From NCBI RefSeq assembly GCF_006345805.1, contig NC_043005.1, forward strand, positions 42,284,001-42,348,000: a stretch of 64,000 bases of DNA, given 5' to 3'. Numbering within the stretch: the stretch's first letter is position 1; the number at the start of each line of letters is the position of its first letter. Position numbers and translations under genes: made by a program. Source of the stretch: Octopus sinensis. Its lineage: Eukaryota. The notes below the pieces were generated by a model. The model saw nothing but the letters and a program-made list of their open reading frames with translations, did not search any database and had not been told where the DNA came from. Positions 1 through 13,146 of this stretch are shown here, piece by piece.

Positions 1-902
1 TATTCTACATTAAAATGTTATTCAGACGATCTAATTTGCTTTTGGAAGTTAACAGATTGGTAATTTGCTTTCAATATATAGCTTTGATTAGATTTCAAGC
101 TTCGTTGAAAATAACTTCCTGAAACTTAGAATTAATAATTGGTTGAAGAATGAGCATTTTCTTTTTGTGTGTGTTTACTATTTATTGTTGGTGTTATTGT
201 TACTGTTGACGACCATGCTGAGAATGATAGGTTAGTTAGTCTCGTTGGCTATAAACGTTGAAGATGCTAAAACTGTTGTTGTTGTTGTTGTTGTTATTGT
301 TGTTGACATTATGTTTGTGAAACTAGTGGTAGTAGAGGGACGGCAAAATAGATTGTTAATGAGGTGATAATGTAATTAGGTCGTAAGCTCATCTAATCCA
401 CTCATTATTTTAAATGTATATGATTTCCTTTGTTTCGGGTTGAAAATTACTGATATGATTAGTAATTAAAATCATATGCTAGACAGAACCATAACACATC
501 ATTTCATCTACAATTACTCATTTCAAACAGAAGTAAAATTCCATAAATGTATAATGTGCCCTCTTTCATTTCATTAATTTTAGTATATCCTAAATAAAAG
601 TCGACATACTTAAAACATCGTCTGTTATTCTTTAGGCTTGAATTCAGCAAAGATATCAATATATTTGTACGATTGTAATTTCGTATCAGGAAATATATAT
701 CCTATTGTCTTAGCTATGTTTACACAAATGCTATGCAATTATTTGATATAAGCATCTTCACACTTGTTATAATTTTCTAATTCTTTAAAGTCTGATTGTC
801 TCAAACTTCCTTTATTTTCTTTTTAGCGGGGTGGGGGTAGGGGATTTGGACGATCACACAAATACACAAACAGACAGAAGTCTGTTTTATTCCTATACTT
901 TT

Positions 903-1236
903 GAAGGCGCATGGCTCACTAGTTAGAGCGTCGAGCTTACGATCGTGAGGTTGTGAGTTCGAATCCCAGACCGGGCTGCCTTTGTGTTCTTGAGCAAGAC
1001 ACTTTATTTCACGTTGCTCCAGTTCACTCAGCTGTAGAAATGAGTTGTGATGTCACAGGTGCCAAGCTGTATCTGATGTTGCCTTTCCCTTGGATAACAT
1101 CAATGGCGTGGTGAGGAGAGGCCAGTATACATGGGCGACTGCTGGTCTTCCATAAATCAACCTTGCCCGGACTTATACCTGGGAGGGTTAATTTCTAAGT
1201 GCAATCCCACGGTCAGTCATGAGCGAAGGGGGTCTC
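903..1236 (+). mobile_element. tRNA-derived CORE-type SINE (octopus OR1/OR2-like)
   Basis: tRNA-like head with A box (TGGCTCACTAG) and B box (GAGTTCGAATCCC) and an Arg(ACG)-like anticodon arm, followed by CORE-like TGTGTTCTTGAGCAAGACACTT...CTCAGCTG; related heads at 18.1-19.1, 20.4 and 26.0 kb. Confidence 0.8.
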
Positions 1237-1474
1237 AATTCTTTTACTTGTTTCATTCATCTGACTGCAGCCATGCTGGAGCACTGCCTTTTAGTCGAAC
1301 AAACCAACCCAGGGACTTATACTTTGTAAGCATTGTACTTATTCTATAGGGCACTTTTGCCGAACCGCTAACCTATGGGGACGTAAAGATACCAAAATCA
1401 GTTGTCAAGCGATGGTGGTGGGACAAACACAGACACACCAATATACGTGCATATATACATACATAATACATACA

Positions 1475-1546
<72 letters not shown>

Positions 1547-1554
1547 TATATATA

Positions 1555-1894
<340 letters not shown>

Positions 1895-1916
1895 GTTATG
1901 TATATATGTATGTATG

Positions 1917-1950
<34 letters not shown>

Positions 1951-1963
1951 ATATATATGTATG

Positions 1964-2008
<45 letters not shown>

Positions 2009-2009
2009 A

Positions 2010-2045
<36 letters not shown>

Positions 2046-2429
2046 ACAGGCTTCTTCCAGTTTCCGTCTACCAAATCCACTCACAAGGCTTTGGACGGCC
2101 CAAGGCTATTGTAAAAGACACTTGCCCAAGGTGCCACGCAGTAGGCCTGAACCCGGAAATATGTGGATTGGGACGCGAGTTTCTTTATTTCATGAAATTT
2201 GCCATAAAGGCAGTACAGAGATCGGACGAACAAGGAGAGACAAACACAAGTATGAAGAAGCTGCTTATTACTTAAAAATTAATGTCCGCATGAATGATAT
2301 GATCACAGGTGTAATTAGAAAATTTGTTTACATAAATATTGTTGAAAAAAACAACAATTTGCCTCGGAAGGAAAGGAATCCAGCCATCTGGGAAGAACCT
2401 TTACTTTCTACCACCGACCCCTCTTAACT

Positions 2430-4815
2430 GGTTCCGGTCACTCTCAACTTGCTTACTACAAGCTTCCATCTTTTTACAAATGTACTCAGCGAGAGGCACC
2501 TCTTCTCCAGCCTGATCTTACTTATGAGGTGGTACCTAAAAACAGTTTACTATCCCTTGGCCGGATACTAAGGTACCTGTCACTATCCCTCTTACATGCA
2601 TCTTCCATACCGTTTTTTTTTTAGTATGACTACTACGCAGAAAACAACAAGCCTTTCTTTCCCTGTTAAGGGAGGGAGGCAGCACAATCTCGATGATAGA
2701 CTCAGCTGTACTCTTCCCATCGATGACAACAGTTGTTTTGCGAAAACTATCAGTTACTTCATTTCCAGACACTCTAGAAATGCGTGCAACACGGTTTCCC
2801 TGTCCTGTCCACACCTCGAACATGTCGACGAGACGGCACGTCCGTGCCTTGACAGTTTGTCTCGAAAAGGTAACGCCGCACGGATGCATTGCCAAGCCAG
2901 GGATTTCTGATAATTATCCAGATACCCCGGCCCGAACGTTCTCCTGAACAGGTTGATCAACTGATTTTCATCGTAGTCCAGGGTCTCCCCCAAGGCGTCT
3001 TCATACATACAGCTCACTAACCCGCTTTAAAAAATCCTGCTGCAGGCATTGCCCGCCTAAGAGAGTAGCTGAAGTGCCTGACGGCACTCCAATTGCTAGT
3101 CTCCCAGCCTAGATCTCTGCTTGATTCATGCTCCTATGTCCGTTAAGGACGTTAAACGCGGAAGGTAGAACCGGACGTGCGGTGACCACTCCTGCTCCCC
3201 ATCCAGGTAAAGCCAGAGGTACCTCAACCTTAACGCGAATTTTCGCATCTTCAGCCAAGGCATCCCTAACCCACCCTTTTGCGATTTCTGGTAACAGACA
3301 GAACGCTTCACAAGCGGCTTTCCTCCCTTCCAGAAAATGCGGAAAAGGATTCTCTCAAACTTTTCAGCCACAAATCAGAGCAAGGCATCACGGTCAGACG
3401 GTAAGTGATAACTGATGCTTTAAACATCTGTAGCAAGGATAACGCCCGCCCAGACCAGGTTTGTTTAGAGCAGTCAACTTACTGGTTGCCTCGCTCCAAT
3501 TTTTCTTTATCTGGAGGTCTGGCCCAAACCAGACTCCGAGCAGCTTAACAGGACCTTCCGTCCAACGCCCAACGACGTTATTGGATGTCACCGTCTTGCC
3601 TCTCCAGGTGCCGTGTTGCAAACCGACCGACTTGTCCTGGTTAACCTTTGCTCCTGCCATCACCTCGTAACTCGTCATGATCCAGCACCCCGCTCCTCCC
3701 AAACAACTCGGCAAAATGCTGGTAAAAGGCCTCATACATCTCCTTCCGTCCTTCGACCGAACACCCACTGTCATTCACCAGAGACCTAATTGCGGCATCA
3801 TTGCCACGCTGGGTTTCTACCTTATGGGTCCATACAGCAACATTAATCCTCTCACAGCCCAATGCTCGCACTTTAGCCCGAACTCTGCACCCCACGTGTT
3901 TGGCTTTGAGGTGACAGTTCAAGGCAGTCCTCGTTGCCAAAATGTGGGATGCAGAGCCCAACCTCAGTGCCTCATCTAAGTCCTTAAATAATTGCTCTTC
4001 TATTCTGGACTTATCGAGTTTTAGCTGATGACTAAACCTAATTGACTCAAAATGAATGGCTTTCTTGTGGGCGAACCACCACCGGTTATTAACCACGGCT
4101 CCAGTTAACGCCCTCTGTACTAGTTCCTTAATCCAGCTACAGTATGCCTCGCAAGTCAAAATAGACTCGTTCAGCTTCTAGTAGCCAGATCCTCGCTTAA
4201 CTGTGCTATGTTCAGCCTACACTTAATCATTCTATGGTCAGTGTAGGACACTTGAACAAGCTGTGGACAGCTAAATCTAGCCTTATCTCTAGTTCTTATC
4301 ACTATCCTAAGAAAGTCTTGAGCCTTCCATCGTCACTAATCCAGATCCACTCTGGGACGCTCGGATGGTTAAGCCTATAACGGTCTGCTAGCTGAAAACG
4401 CTTAAGCAGATCCACGAGATGTGAGTTTATTTTTCTACCAATTCGAGCCAACACTATCGATGCGTGCGTGAACGATAGCGTTAAAGTCTCCTAACACCAC
4501 TAATGTCCTCAACGTCACGAGAAAATTCTCCAAGTGCCGATAAAAATCAGTTTGTAACCCTCTAGTACAGTGTGCATAGATCCGATCAACCTGAAGGCCT
4601 TACTGCTGTATGTCACATCAAGGATGACCAGCCCATCTTCAGGGTCCACATAGACTTGCAGAGCCAAGTCTTTGCGGATCAGTACCACTACATCCCCTCG
4701 TCCTCCGGTCTGGCCAGGAGATATGATTTTCTCATAGCCATTCAGAAGAGGAGAGAAGGTTTGTAGACTGTCGAACTTGGTCTCTGTAGCAACCATCACA
4801 TGTATATCTGATGTG
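2430..4815 (-). mobile_element. L1-clade (Tx1-like) LINE ORF2 remnant, internally deleted and frameshifted
   Basis: AP-endonuclease N-terminus (VATETK..GGRGDVVVLIRK..DPEDGLVILDV, ORF 4515-4799); linker (WWFAHKKAI..RAKVRALG, 3641-4159); late RT motifs (GAKVNQDKS, VKLLGVWFG); thumb (IFWKG..KGGLGMP); C-terminal CCHC (CSRC..ETVLHAFLEC). Confidence 0.85.
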
Positions 4816-4820
4816 AGATC

Positions 4821-4907
4821 GCCAAGAATGTGTCACGCAGTGGGACTGAACCCGGAACCATATGGTTGGGAACCAAGCTTCTTATCACACGGCCACTCCT
4901 GCGCCTA
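4821..4907 (-). mobile_element. SINE family A 5' head only, abutting the LINE 5' end
   Basis: Reverse complement of TAGGCGCAGGAGTGGC..GGTTCAGTCCC; stops inside the CORE-like segment. Confidence 0.8.
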
Positions 4908-5673
4908 TTATTCATCACAGAAATTTGTATAGAAAATTCTTGAAAGCTAAATTGTAAAGTGGTTAAAGTCATTCCATTTGCTTTTACCCTCAATGTGAAA
5001 AAAGAACAAATCAATGCCATGCTTCACATTTTCTTTCTATTTAGAACATACATACTGCGCAAAAGAAACAGATGGGTGTCCACTGTTAGCCAGCGTGTAA
5101 TGAGAATGTAGGAAATACTGTTAATATCCACTGAGAAATCTTAAACAGTATTCAATGTATAAATACTGTATATTAATAAAGATATATTTCATGTTGCATT
5201 ATTATCCAGCGTGTAAATATCAAGAACGAAATACTGGAATGATATCAAATAATTTTCACAGATGAACATTGAGCGAGAAATATAAAGGGGATTTCCTGTG
5301 AGATATTGAATATGTTATATAGTTTAACTCTTAATACTTTTCAACTACACAAATGTGACTGCACATTTTATTTTGTATCATAGCTTACTTGAAAAAAAAT
5401 TTAACAACACTCAGTACATATATCTAATGGTATCTGTACACTGGAGCCATTTTCTCATATTTAAAGACACCGTTTAAATGGTATCTTTTCAAAAAAAAAA
5501 AGCATATAAAAAAGACAAATATATAACAAGTGATGATAGCAGCTGCAGTTATAGGTGTCAATAAAAACTAGAATGTAGAAAAGGAAACGAACGTAATGCA
5601 TAGACATAAAGATGTCTCAGTAGAAAGCTAAAACCGGTAAAGCTATTTTTAACACGTGTGTGTGTGTGTGTAT

Positions 5674-5721
<48 letters not shown>

Positions 5722-6362
5722 CGAAATAAATTAGTAATAAATCAAAGACGGTGAAGGGAAAAAATAGACGTGTAGTTAGGTAATGAAGCGAAGTGATGTA
5801 GGCGGGAATTGAGGCAAATTACGAAAGAAATTAAGTAAGTGCAGCTTTAAATGAGAAATAGAGAAGTAAGGCTAGAGAATGGGGGCAGGTGCAGCTGATA
5901 GCTATATCAGAAAAAGGATAATATGACCGAATGAAAAGGAGTTCAAATAGTTACAGGGAATATGGTTATATAGAGAAAAAAAATATATAGAAGTGAAGAC
6001 TTTAGATGTTATAAAATAAGATTAGAATGAATCAATATTTACTGCTTCGGGATCCTATTGATGGTGGTAGACGGCATATAAGTTGCCTATGTGTGTAGGA
6101 GGTGGGGAGGGGTATGTGCGTGTTTGTATGTTTGTGTGTGTCTGCGTGTTTGTATGTGTATGTGTGTGTGTGGCAGTGTTTGTAAATCAATTTGAGAACG
6201 TGAAAAACACGCAGTCATAAACAACAGTCACGGTGACTTAAGCAAACATTTGAACACCTTTTTTTGGGGGGGGGGGAGATACAAAAGGATATTCTGAACA
6301 ATAGGTGATGCGCGTGTGTGTAAGAATGCATGTATGTTTGTGTATCTATCTATATATCTATC

Positions 6363-6423
<61 letters not shown>

Positions 6424-6455
6424 AAGTATGCATATATAATATATATATATATAAT

Positions 6456-6600
6456 AAAATAAGCAACAGGATATCCTTGATATCCTGTTGCTTATTTTGG
6501 TTTTATTCACCTAACTTCGAGCTGTGCGGATAATACCGAACTGACTTGGTACTTCAACTTAAGTACCTAATTCAACTGAATCTTAATTATTTTTATTAGT
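6456..6600 (+). mobile_element. Fold-back family P element (20-bp arms + tail) next to (TA)n
   Basis: Perfect hairpin AAAATAAGCAACAGGATATC-ctt-GATATCCTGTTGCTTATTTT; tail shares ACTTAAGTACC and GAATCT with the copies at 19.8, 28.3 and 44.2 kb. Confidence 0.7.
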
Positions 6601-7681
6601 ATTAAATCCGAAGTTAATCTTAATTCTAGACGATATTCCAAGGATACTGGACAACACCATTTTTAAAATTGACGTAATGTAATCCGATAAAAATTATCAC
6701 CCAGCTCTCTCTGAAGATTCCAAAAGAGCAGATATTTTTAAAAGGTCGTATCACATGACTTTAAAAGTAAAATTAACGATATATCACGCTGCTGCATAAT
6801 TTGTACTTCAACGACAAAAGGGGCAAAAGTTAAAAGGGAAAAGGAGGCAAATGACTATTAGTCTAGAAACTGTTTAATCGTTCAAATTCTAGCGGAAACT
6901 GAAATGTATCAAAGCATGTTAAGCAACGTGACTCTCTAAGGATACGATGGCGAAAAACAAACTGTAGTCGTAGTAGGGGTTTCAATCATCATCGTCTCGA
7001 CCAAGAAAAGCACGTCAGAGTCGCTAAAGTGTGAAGGTGATATTGAACGTTATTGTATTGGACGTGTATCAGTCATGAGGAGTTTGTTCCACGTGGTCAG
7101 ATGATTGATAATGTTTTACTTGAATGTTTTAAGAGTTTGGGAGAGACAGTGCAAAGAAAGTGGCGTGAAGCATTTGAAGCACAGAAAAAAAGTATATAGA
7201 GATAGATGGCGCCCCACGTAAACGCACGTACTCACGTGTTACTACTGCTTATCCGCAACTGTTTGAAAACTGCGAGATGAATCTCATTCCCCTCCTCCTC
7301 CTCCTCTACAGTCGGAATTTTCCTCCTGTGGATATTTTCTTTCTCTCTTTTGAAATCCATCTTGAAAATATCTATTTCAGACGATACAAGAGATCGAACA
7401 AAATTCGCTGCGAGTAATTCGCATTATTCATCAAAAGAGGTTGCTTTCAAAGATCAAAAAGTAAAACAAAAAAAAAAGTATTGGCTGATGTATCAACGAT
7501 TTGTAAGGGAGCAATTTCAAGGGGACAGCTTTGATCAAGTTATAAGAAAAGCAAAATATAACGAACTCCGTTTAAAATCAGAGGAACCATGCTCATTTAT
7601 TTTTATTGTTGATGTTGCTATTGCTGCTGTCGTTGTTGTTGTTATTGTTGTTGTTGTTGTTGTTGCTGCTGCTGCTGCTGC

Positions 7682-7727
<46 letters not shown>

Positions 7728-8419
7728 AAGGAAGTGTATTTACAGAATGTTTAGAGCATCAGAGAACATACCTTCCGGAATTCTGACTCTTTACGTTCTG
7801 ATATTCAGAATCCACTGAGTTTTAACTTTCCCTTTCCTTCATTTCGAGTTGATAAAATACAATACCCGTCATGAACTGAAGTTGGTAATATCAGCTGGCC
7901 TCTTCCCCAAAATATGCTGGCCTCGTGCCAAAATTTGAAGAAATAATCATTTAGGCTGGCAATTTTGAAGACTTGTTAAAGAGAGATCAAAATCTTTAAA
8001 TCTTTAAATCTCATTGTTTCGAGGCCGATAAAAATAAACTACTTGTCAAGTACTGGAGTCGATACAACAAAATGACCTCTCACCCTGTAATTTTCTTATT
8101 TTGTGACTATATATATTCTAGAGGCTACAGGGTGGTAGGAGTTCGCTCCCCCTGCTAACAATATACCGTATATAAAGGAGTCGCGCCGATAATCAGCTGG
8201 CGGAGAATCTGCCTGAGGATGAACTAGTTGCAACATTCGACAGCCACTTTGACGTGGCGACAGACTTTACTGTGTAGTATAGTTACTACTCTTTCTCTTC
8301 TTGAGACTTTACAACTAACACACACACACACAAACGCACACATACGTACACTCATATGTGTGTGTGTGTAGATACATACATATATATATATATATATGTA
8401 CATATATATGTATATATGC

Positions 8420-8500
<81 letters not shown>

Positions 8501-8962
8501 GAGGAAGAGAGACTTATTGCTCCATTCATCTAATTGTAGAAACGTACACACACGTGAGACCCAAAAGTCATTAAAAGTAAGCCTAAACACTTCACGAACC
8601 TTTTCCTTTTTCTTCTGCCTTTTCCTTTTCCTTTCATTTCCGTTTTTCTCCTATTAATATTCCTCTAAATCATTCTGACGTTGTTTGTTAAATGGAACGA
8701 GATAAATGCAAATTTACTTCGATTTGATAAACGGAAACAGCTATAAATGGTTAGGAACTACAATTAAACTAATACCGTTTAATACCAATGATGAACTTCC
8801 CATTGTTATTTATTGCCCCATTTCTTTTCTTTTCTATATATACTAAACGACGGTTTTAACTTTAAATTACCAACTGCTGTAAACCTTTTAGCTAGGACTC
8901 TACATAGTGATGTAATGTACCAGTAGTACCTACAGATTCATAATTTTTGTGTTTATATATAT

Positions 8963-9235
8963 GTGGTTAGGGCAGCGGACTCACGGTCGTAGGATCGTGG
9001 TTTCGATTCCCAGACCGGGTGTTGTGAGTGTTTATTGAGCGAAAACACCTAAAAAGCTCCACGAGGCTCCGACAGGGGGTGGTGATCCTTGCTGTACTCT
9101 TTCACCACTCTTTCTCTCACTCTTTCTTCTGTTGGCCTGCTCTCTTAGCCAGCGGGGTGGCGTCATTCAAAGGCTAAAACAATGCGAACGCATTGTGACC
9201 AGCGATGTGTAACAACGTCTGATGGTCTGGTCGGT

Positions 9236-9243
<8 letters not shown>
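8963..9243 (+). mobile_element. tRNA-derived SINE (OR-like head, distinct body)
   Basis: GTGGTTAG A-box half and GGTTTCGATTCCC B box; body matches 26241-26405 (minus) and tail matches 20145-20270 (minus); ends at (TA)n. Confidence 0.75.
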
Positions 9244-9286
<43 letters not shown>

Positions 9287-9744
9287 GAAAACTTTTCTTT
9301 GATTTCCTATCTTTATCTGTGTATATATATATTTTTCTATGCCGTTTAATTCGGTTTTGGTGGTGCTATAAAAAATAGACTTGAAGGAGGCCCATGTTTC
9401 TTTGTAAATACGGTGGCTACTGCATATATAATTTCGTTTAGCGTAGTGTATTGAAGATTGGGTCTGTTTTTATCAACTTAGTCCTGAACAGCGCCAACAG
9501 CAGCGATAATAACAACTAAATTAACTGAAACAGGCTTCACCTCCAGCTGCAAAAGAACTGAAAGAAAAAATACAAAACAGCCACAGCAACCCGTCCAAGA
9601 ACTGTGACGACAATTTAACAACGTAACGTACAACAATAATAATATCAACAACATCGCCTGTAGTTCAACTACGTGAGGAGCCAAATTTCGCAACACACAG
9701 CTACAACAGTCGTCAGATTGATTGTCAGCCGTAACAAAACTGTC

Positions 9745-10160
9745 AAAAGAAGTTAGAGAAAAGTCATTATTGAGACTACTTTGTTCGCTACTATACTGAA
9801 CCCACGGAAATATTGGGACAGTTACGAATGCTGACAGTCACAAACATTGACAATCCTTTCTGGTGATTTCAGATTCCTTAAGGTTGACCTCCTTCATTTG
9901 CCCTGGAAAATATTTACACTCCTGATAGTCAGTTTCTCCGCAACGTTTCATTGAGTGTCAAGTTGGTTTATTTCTCTCTCTTCTAGGGCGGCAGTGTTGA
10001 TACACCTACAAATATACGAGACCGCATCAAAAAGATGATATCCACCTTATCATCATAAATTTACGGACCAATACACCCAATCCCTGATCCATTAACGCGT
10101 TATGTTCTCTCACCGTCTTTTTTCAGCGGACACCGAGGCCTTTTGCTTTTCCGAGCTGGC
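9745..10160 (+). pseudogene. Possible highly degraded LINE AP-endonuclease fragment
   Basis: Manual translation gives motifs in APE order across frameshifts and stops: VIIETTL, GDFRFLKVDL, LENIYTPD, RYVLSPSFFSGHRGL (SDH-like). Confidence 0.4.
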
Positions 10161-11214
10161 GTCTTCTCAAGCTTCGTTTACCCAGGCCCTCCAACTAAGA
10201 CATCTCTTCTTTGCATTATTCACATTGCATCGCCTCTTGGGACCCTTTCTCCTCACTATAGCCCATTTTTCTTGACTGTCTCTTCCAGTCCATTGTTTTC
10301 TTGCGTTTATCAAAAACGAAAAAAAACTCAACCACAGATATCTCACTAAAGTGTCAGTGCGAATGCCAATAGCGCAGCACCTTACTTCTCATGAAAACCT
10401 TAAATAAATACAATCAAAACAATAATTTCTTGTAATATTCCTTCATAGCCAATCATAAACATATTTTATTTAACTTTCAGTGAGTATCTAGACGCATCAT
10501 TTATTTATATCATCGGTATTACGTTTCCTTCCATGTTGTATGATTCTATGTAGAAATTCGTTCGTATGTATGTATCCAACTTTCTCTTGTAGACCAAATA
10601 CAGTTACTGTTGATTTTTGTTTTAACAACTACGTGTTTTCTTTTCCTGTTTCTTGTTTATTTAAAGGAAAATTTTCTATTTCTTCTAGAATGGTTTCTGT
10701 TGTTTTGGCACGGTTCATATTTCTGCTGCAAAGTATCCGTATTATTCTCTGGAGCTTTTCTATCAACTTGACATTTGTGTATTTTAATGAAGTGTAAGCA
10801 CTCTGATCCACCACTTAAATGCACTGTTAAACGTCTGCTTCACTCATAAAATAACATTCACTAGACTTTTAAACATTTATAACATATTTACAAAAGACAC
10901 ATATAATCATGTACATCCGTTTCTGTGTGTATGTGTATTTATATGTCTCTGCGTGCACACTTATATATATATATATATTATATATATATATATATATATG
11001 TATAATTGCTTTGAGAAGATCGTTACATTCACTATTCGTATAGTCCTGTCTTTCGAAAAATTTCAGACATGTCTGTCGCACTTCTGTGGTGCGATCAATG
11101 ACACAATTTCTCCGAATCTAATGAAAATCAGATTCTTGCAAAGTTTTGTAAGCCATTGTTTTTCTCCCTTCTATTGTTTTCGTTAGTTTGTTTCTTCTCT
11201 CTTCTTCCTCTTTT

Positions 11215-11420
11215 AGCATTTACTACTTTCAGTCGTTGAACTGCAGTTGTACTGGGGCTCCGTCTGTGAAGCGTTTTAGTCAAACAGATCGATGCTCAAT
11301 ACATATCTTTTAAAGTCTCTATCGTTTTATTTATTTATTTATTTATTTATTTTGCCAAACTGGTAATCTACGGGAATATGAACAAAACAACACCGTTTAC
11401 CAAGCGGAATGGCGGACGAA
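11215..11420 (-). mobile_element. Degraded SINE family A 3' half
   Basis: Diverged match to the reverse complement of the family A tail (..TTTCAGTC..TTTTAGTC..ATCGA..). Confidence 0.55.
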
Positions 11421-11554
11421 CTCAGACAAAAATCACACAAACACCTACATATTTACAACCGTGGAAAAATTATCAGAACAGTCATTTCTATTCACTTTTT
11501 CAAATATATAATACTGTGCCAGAGATTTTCAATTTCTTATTCTACTATATATAT

Positions 11555-11820
11555 AATTATAATTAGGGTTCAGCTAATAGCTTCACCGCATACCGAATTT
11601 AGAAATAGGAGTTAAATTCCTTTTCTGCTACTATAATGAATTCTAACTCCTATTTCTAAATTCGGTATGTGGTGAAGCAATTAGCTGAACCCTAATGATA
11701 ATTATGTGGATAATTTTACCCATAAAGGTTATTTTAACGTACCGATCTAATTGGTAAAATTATTAATTAATTGATTAATAAATTAATTTAATTAATTAAT
11801 TTTACCCTTCTATTATTAAT
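11555..11820 (+). mobile_element. Fold-back element (~65-bp arms, 18-nt spacer, AT-rich tail) between TA-rich tracts
   Basis: 11555-11619 is the near-perfect reverse complement of 11638-11703; the tail has GTGGATAA and TTAACGTACC resembling the family P tail. Confidence 0.65.
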
Positions 11821-11954
11821 TATATATATATACACATATATATATATATATATATATAGTGTAATAAATAAAATATATGCATACATACAAACATATATGT
11901 ACGTACCTACATCTACATGTATATATACATGCATATATAAATATATATACGTGT

Positions 11955-12190
11955 GTACAGGACACCACAGATAGACGTAGAACTCAACGAGTAACGAAAA
12001 TGTAAAAACAGCATGGAACGGACCATTTTTTTAACAACGAAAAAACAGTACAAGACAACTACACAAGGAAAAATCTCCTTCATCAGCTGTCCCTAGTTCA
12101 ACTCCAGCGTGTTTCGAAGGTGAGGACAGAACACGTCTCTTCGAACTAGTCCTTCCTGCGAAAGAATTAAATAAAATTTGTTTGCAGAGG
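11955..12190 (-). mobile_element. Terminal segment of non-coding PLE-like family PY
   Basis: Reverse complement aligns with 48900-49130 (CTGATGAAGG.., TTTCGTTGTT.., GTCCTGTAC) and ends in a TA-rich tract. Confidence 0.55.
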
Positions 12191-12272
12191 GGTAAAAACA
12201 AGGGGAAAAAAAGGAAATAAATATATATATATATATATGTGTGTGTGTGTATATATATACATATATATATAC

Positions 12273-12317
<45 letters not shown>

Positions 12318-12322
12318 ATATA

Positions 12323-12374
<52 letters not shown>

Positions 12375-12483
12375 TGTATATATAAATATATATATATGTA
12401 TATATGTATATATAATATATATATATATATATTATATATATATTATATATGTATAATATAAAATATATATATATATATTATAT

Positions 12484-12530
<47 letters not shown>

Positions 12531-12577
12531 ATATATATTATTATATATATATATATGTATATATAAATATATATATG

Positions 12578-13045
12578 TATATGGGTACAGGACGTTGCAA
12601 AGCGTAAACAACTTGAAACATGAAATATGAAATACGAAAACAACATGAAATACGAAGACATTCTCTCCCTTCCTTTCTCGAATTCTTTTTCGTCCCTTCA
12701 CCGTTCTCTCTCTCTCTCTCTTTCCCTCTTTCTCCTTTACTCTCTCTCTCTCTCTCTCTCTCTTCCCTCTTTCTCGTTTACTTTCTCTCTCTTGTTGCTC
12801 ACACGTGACTATCGTCCATCTTTCTTTTCCTCGGGTGTTCATCTTTCTTTTCTTTCAGTCTGAATTACAGACCAGATTATTCTTATCTGTCTCTTCTATC
12901 TTTTCTCTTGTCAAAGTCAATATTCCATTCCTCCAGCGTTCGCTACCTTACTTCGTCTGGCCTGACGGCCCTACATGTTTGTTTTTGTTTTATTTGTTGT
13001 ATGTTTCCACTGTCCTGTTGTTGAGTATTACCTAAAACTCACTAT
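12578..13045. mobile_element. Family PY: inverted terminal piece (12578-12655, minus) joined to body (12660-13045, plus)
   Basis: ATGGGTACAGGA..AAGCGTAAACAAC is the reverse complement of 49085-49120; the body shares a pyrimidine tract, TCAAAG, GTTCGCTACCT and CTGTCCTGTT/CCGTCCTGTT with 48560-48890. Confidence 0.55.
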
Positions 13046-13067
13046 GATAAAACGACTACCGAAGTCG

Positions 13068-13146
13068 ATTCCTTCGATTAAAAATTCTTCAAGGCCGTGC
13101 TCCCAGCATGGCCGCAATCTAATGACTGAGACATGTAAAAGATGGT
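13068..13146 (+). mobile_element. SINE family A 3' end fragment
   Basis: GTCGAT..GTGCTCCCAGCATGGCCGCA..AATGACTGAGACATGTAAAAGA. Confidence 0.65.

Noticed and set aside
903-975. tRNA-Arg-like sequence as a real tRNA gene (also the heads at 8963, 18.1-19.1 kb and 26043)
   Set aside because: No proper acceptor stem or oligo-T terminator; each continues into a SINE body
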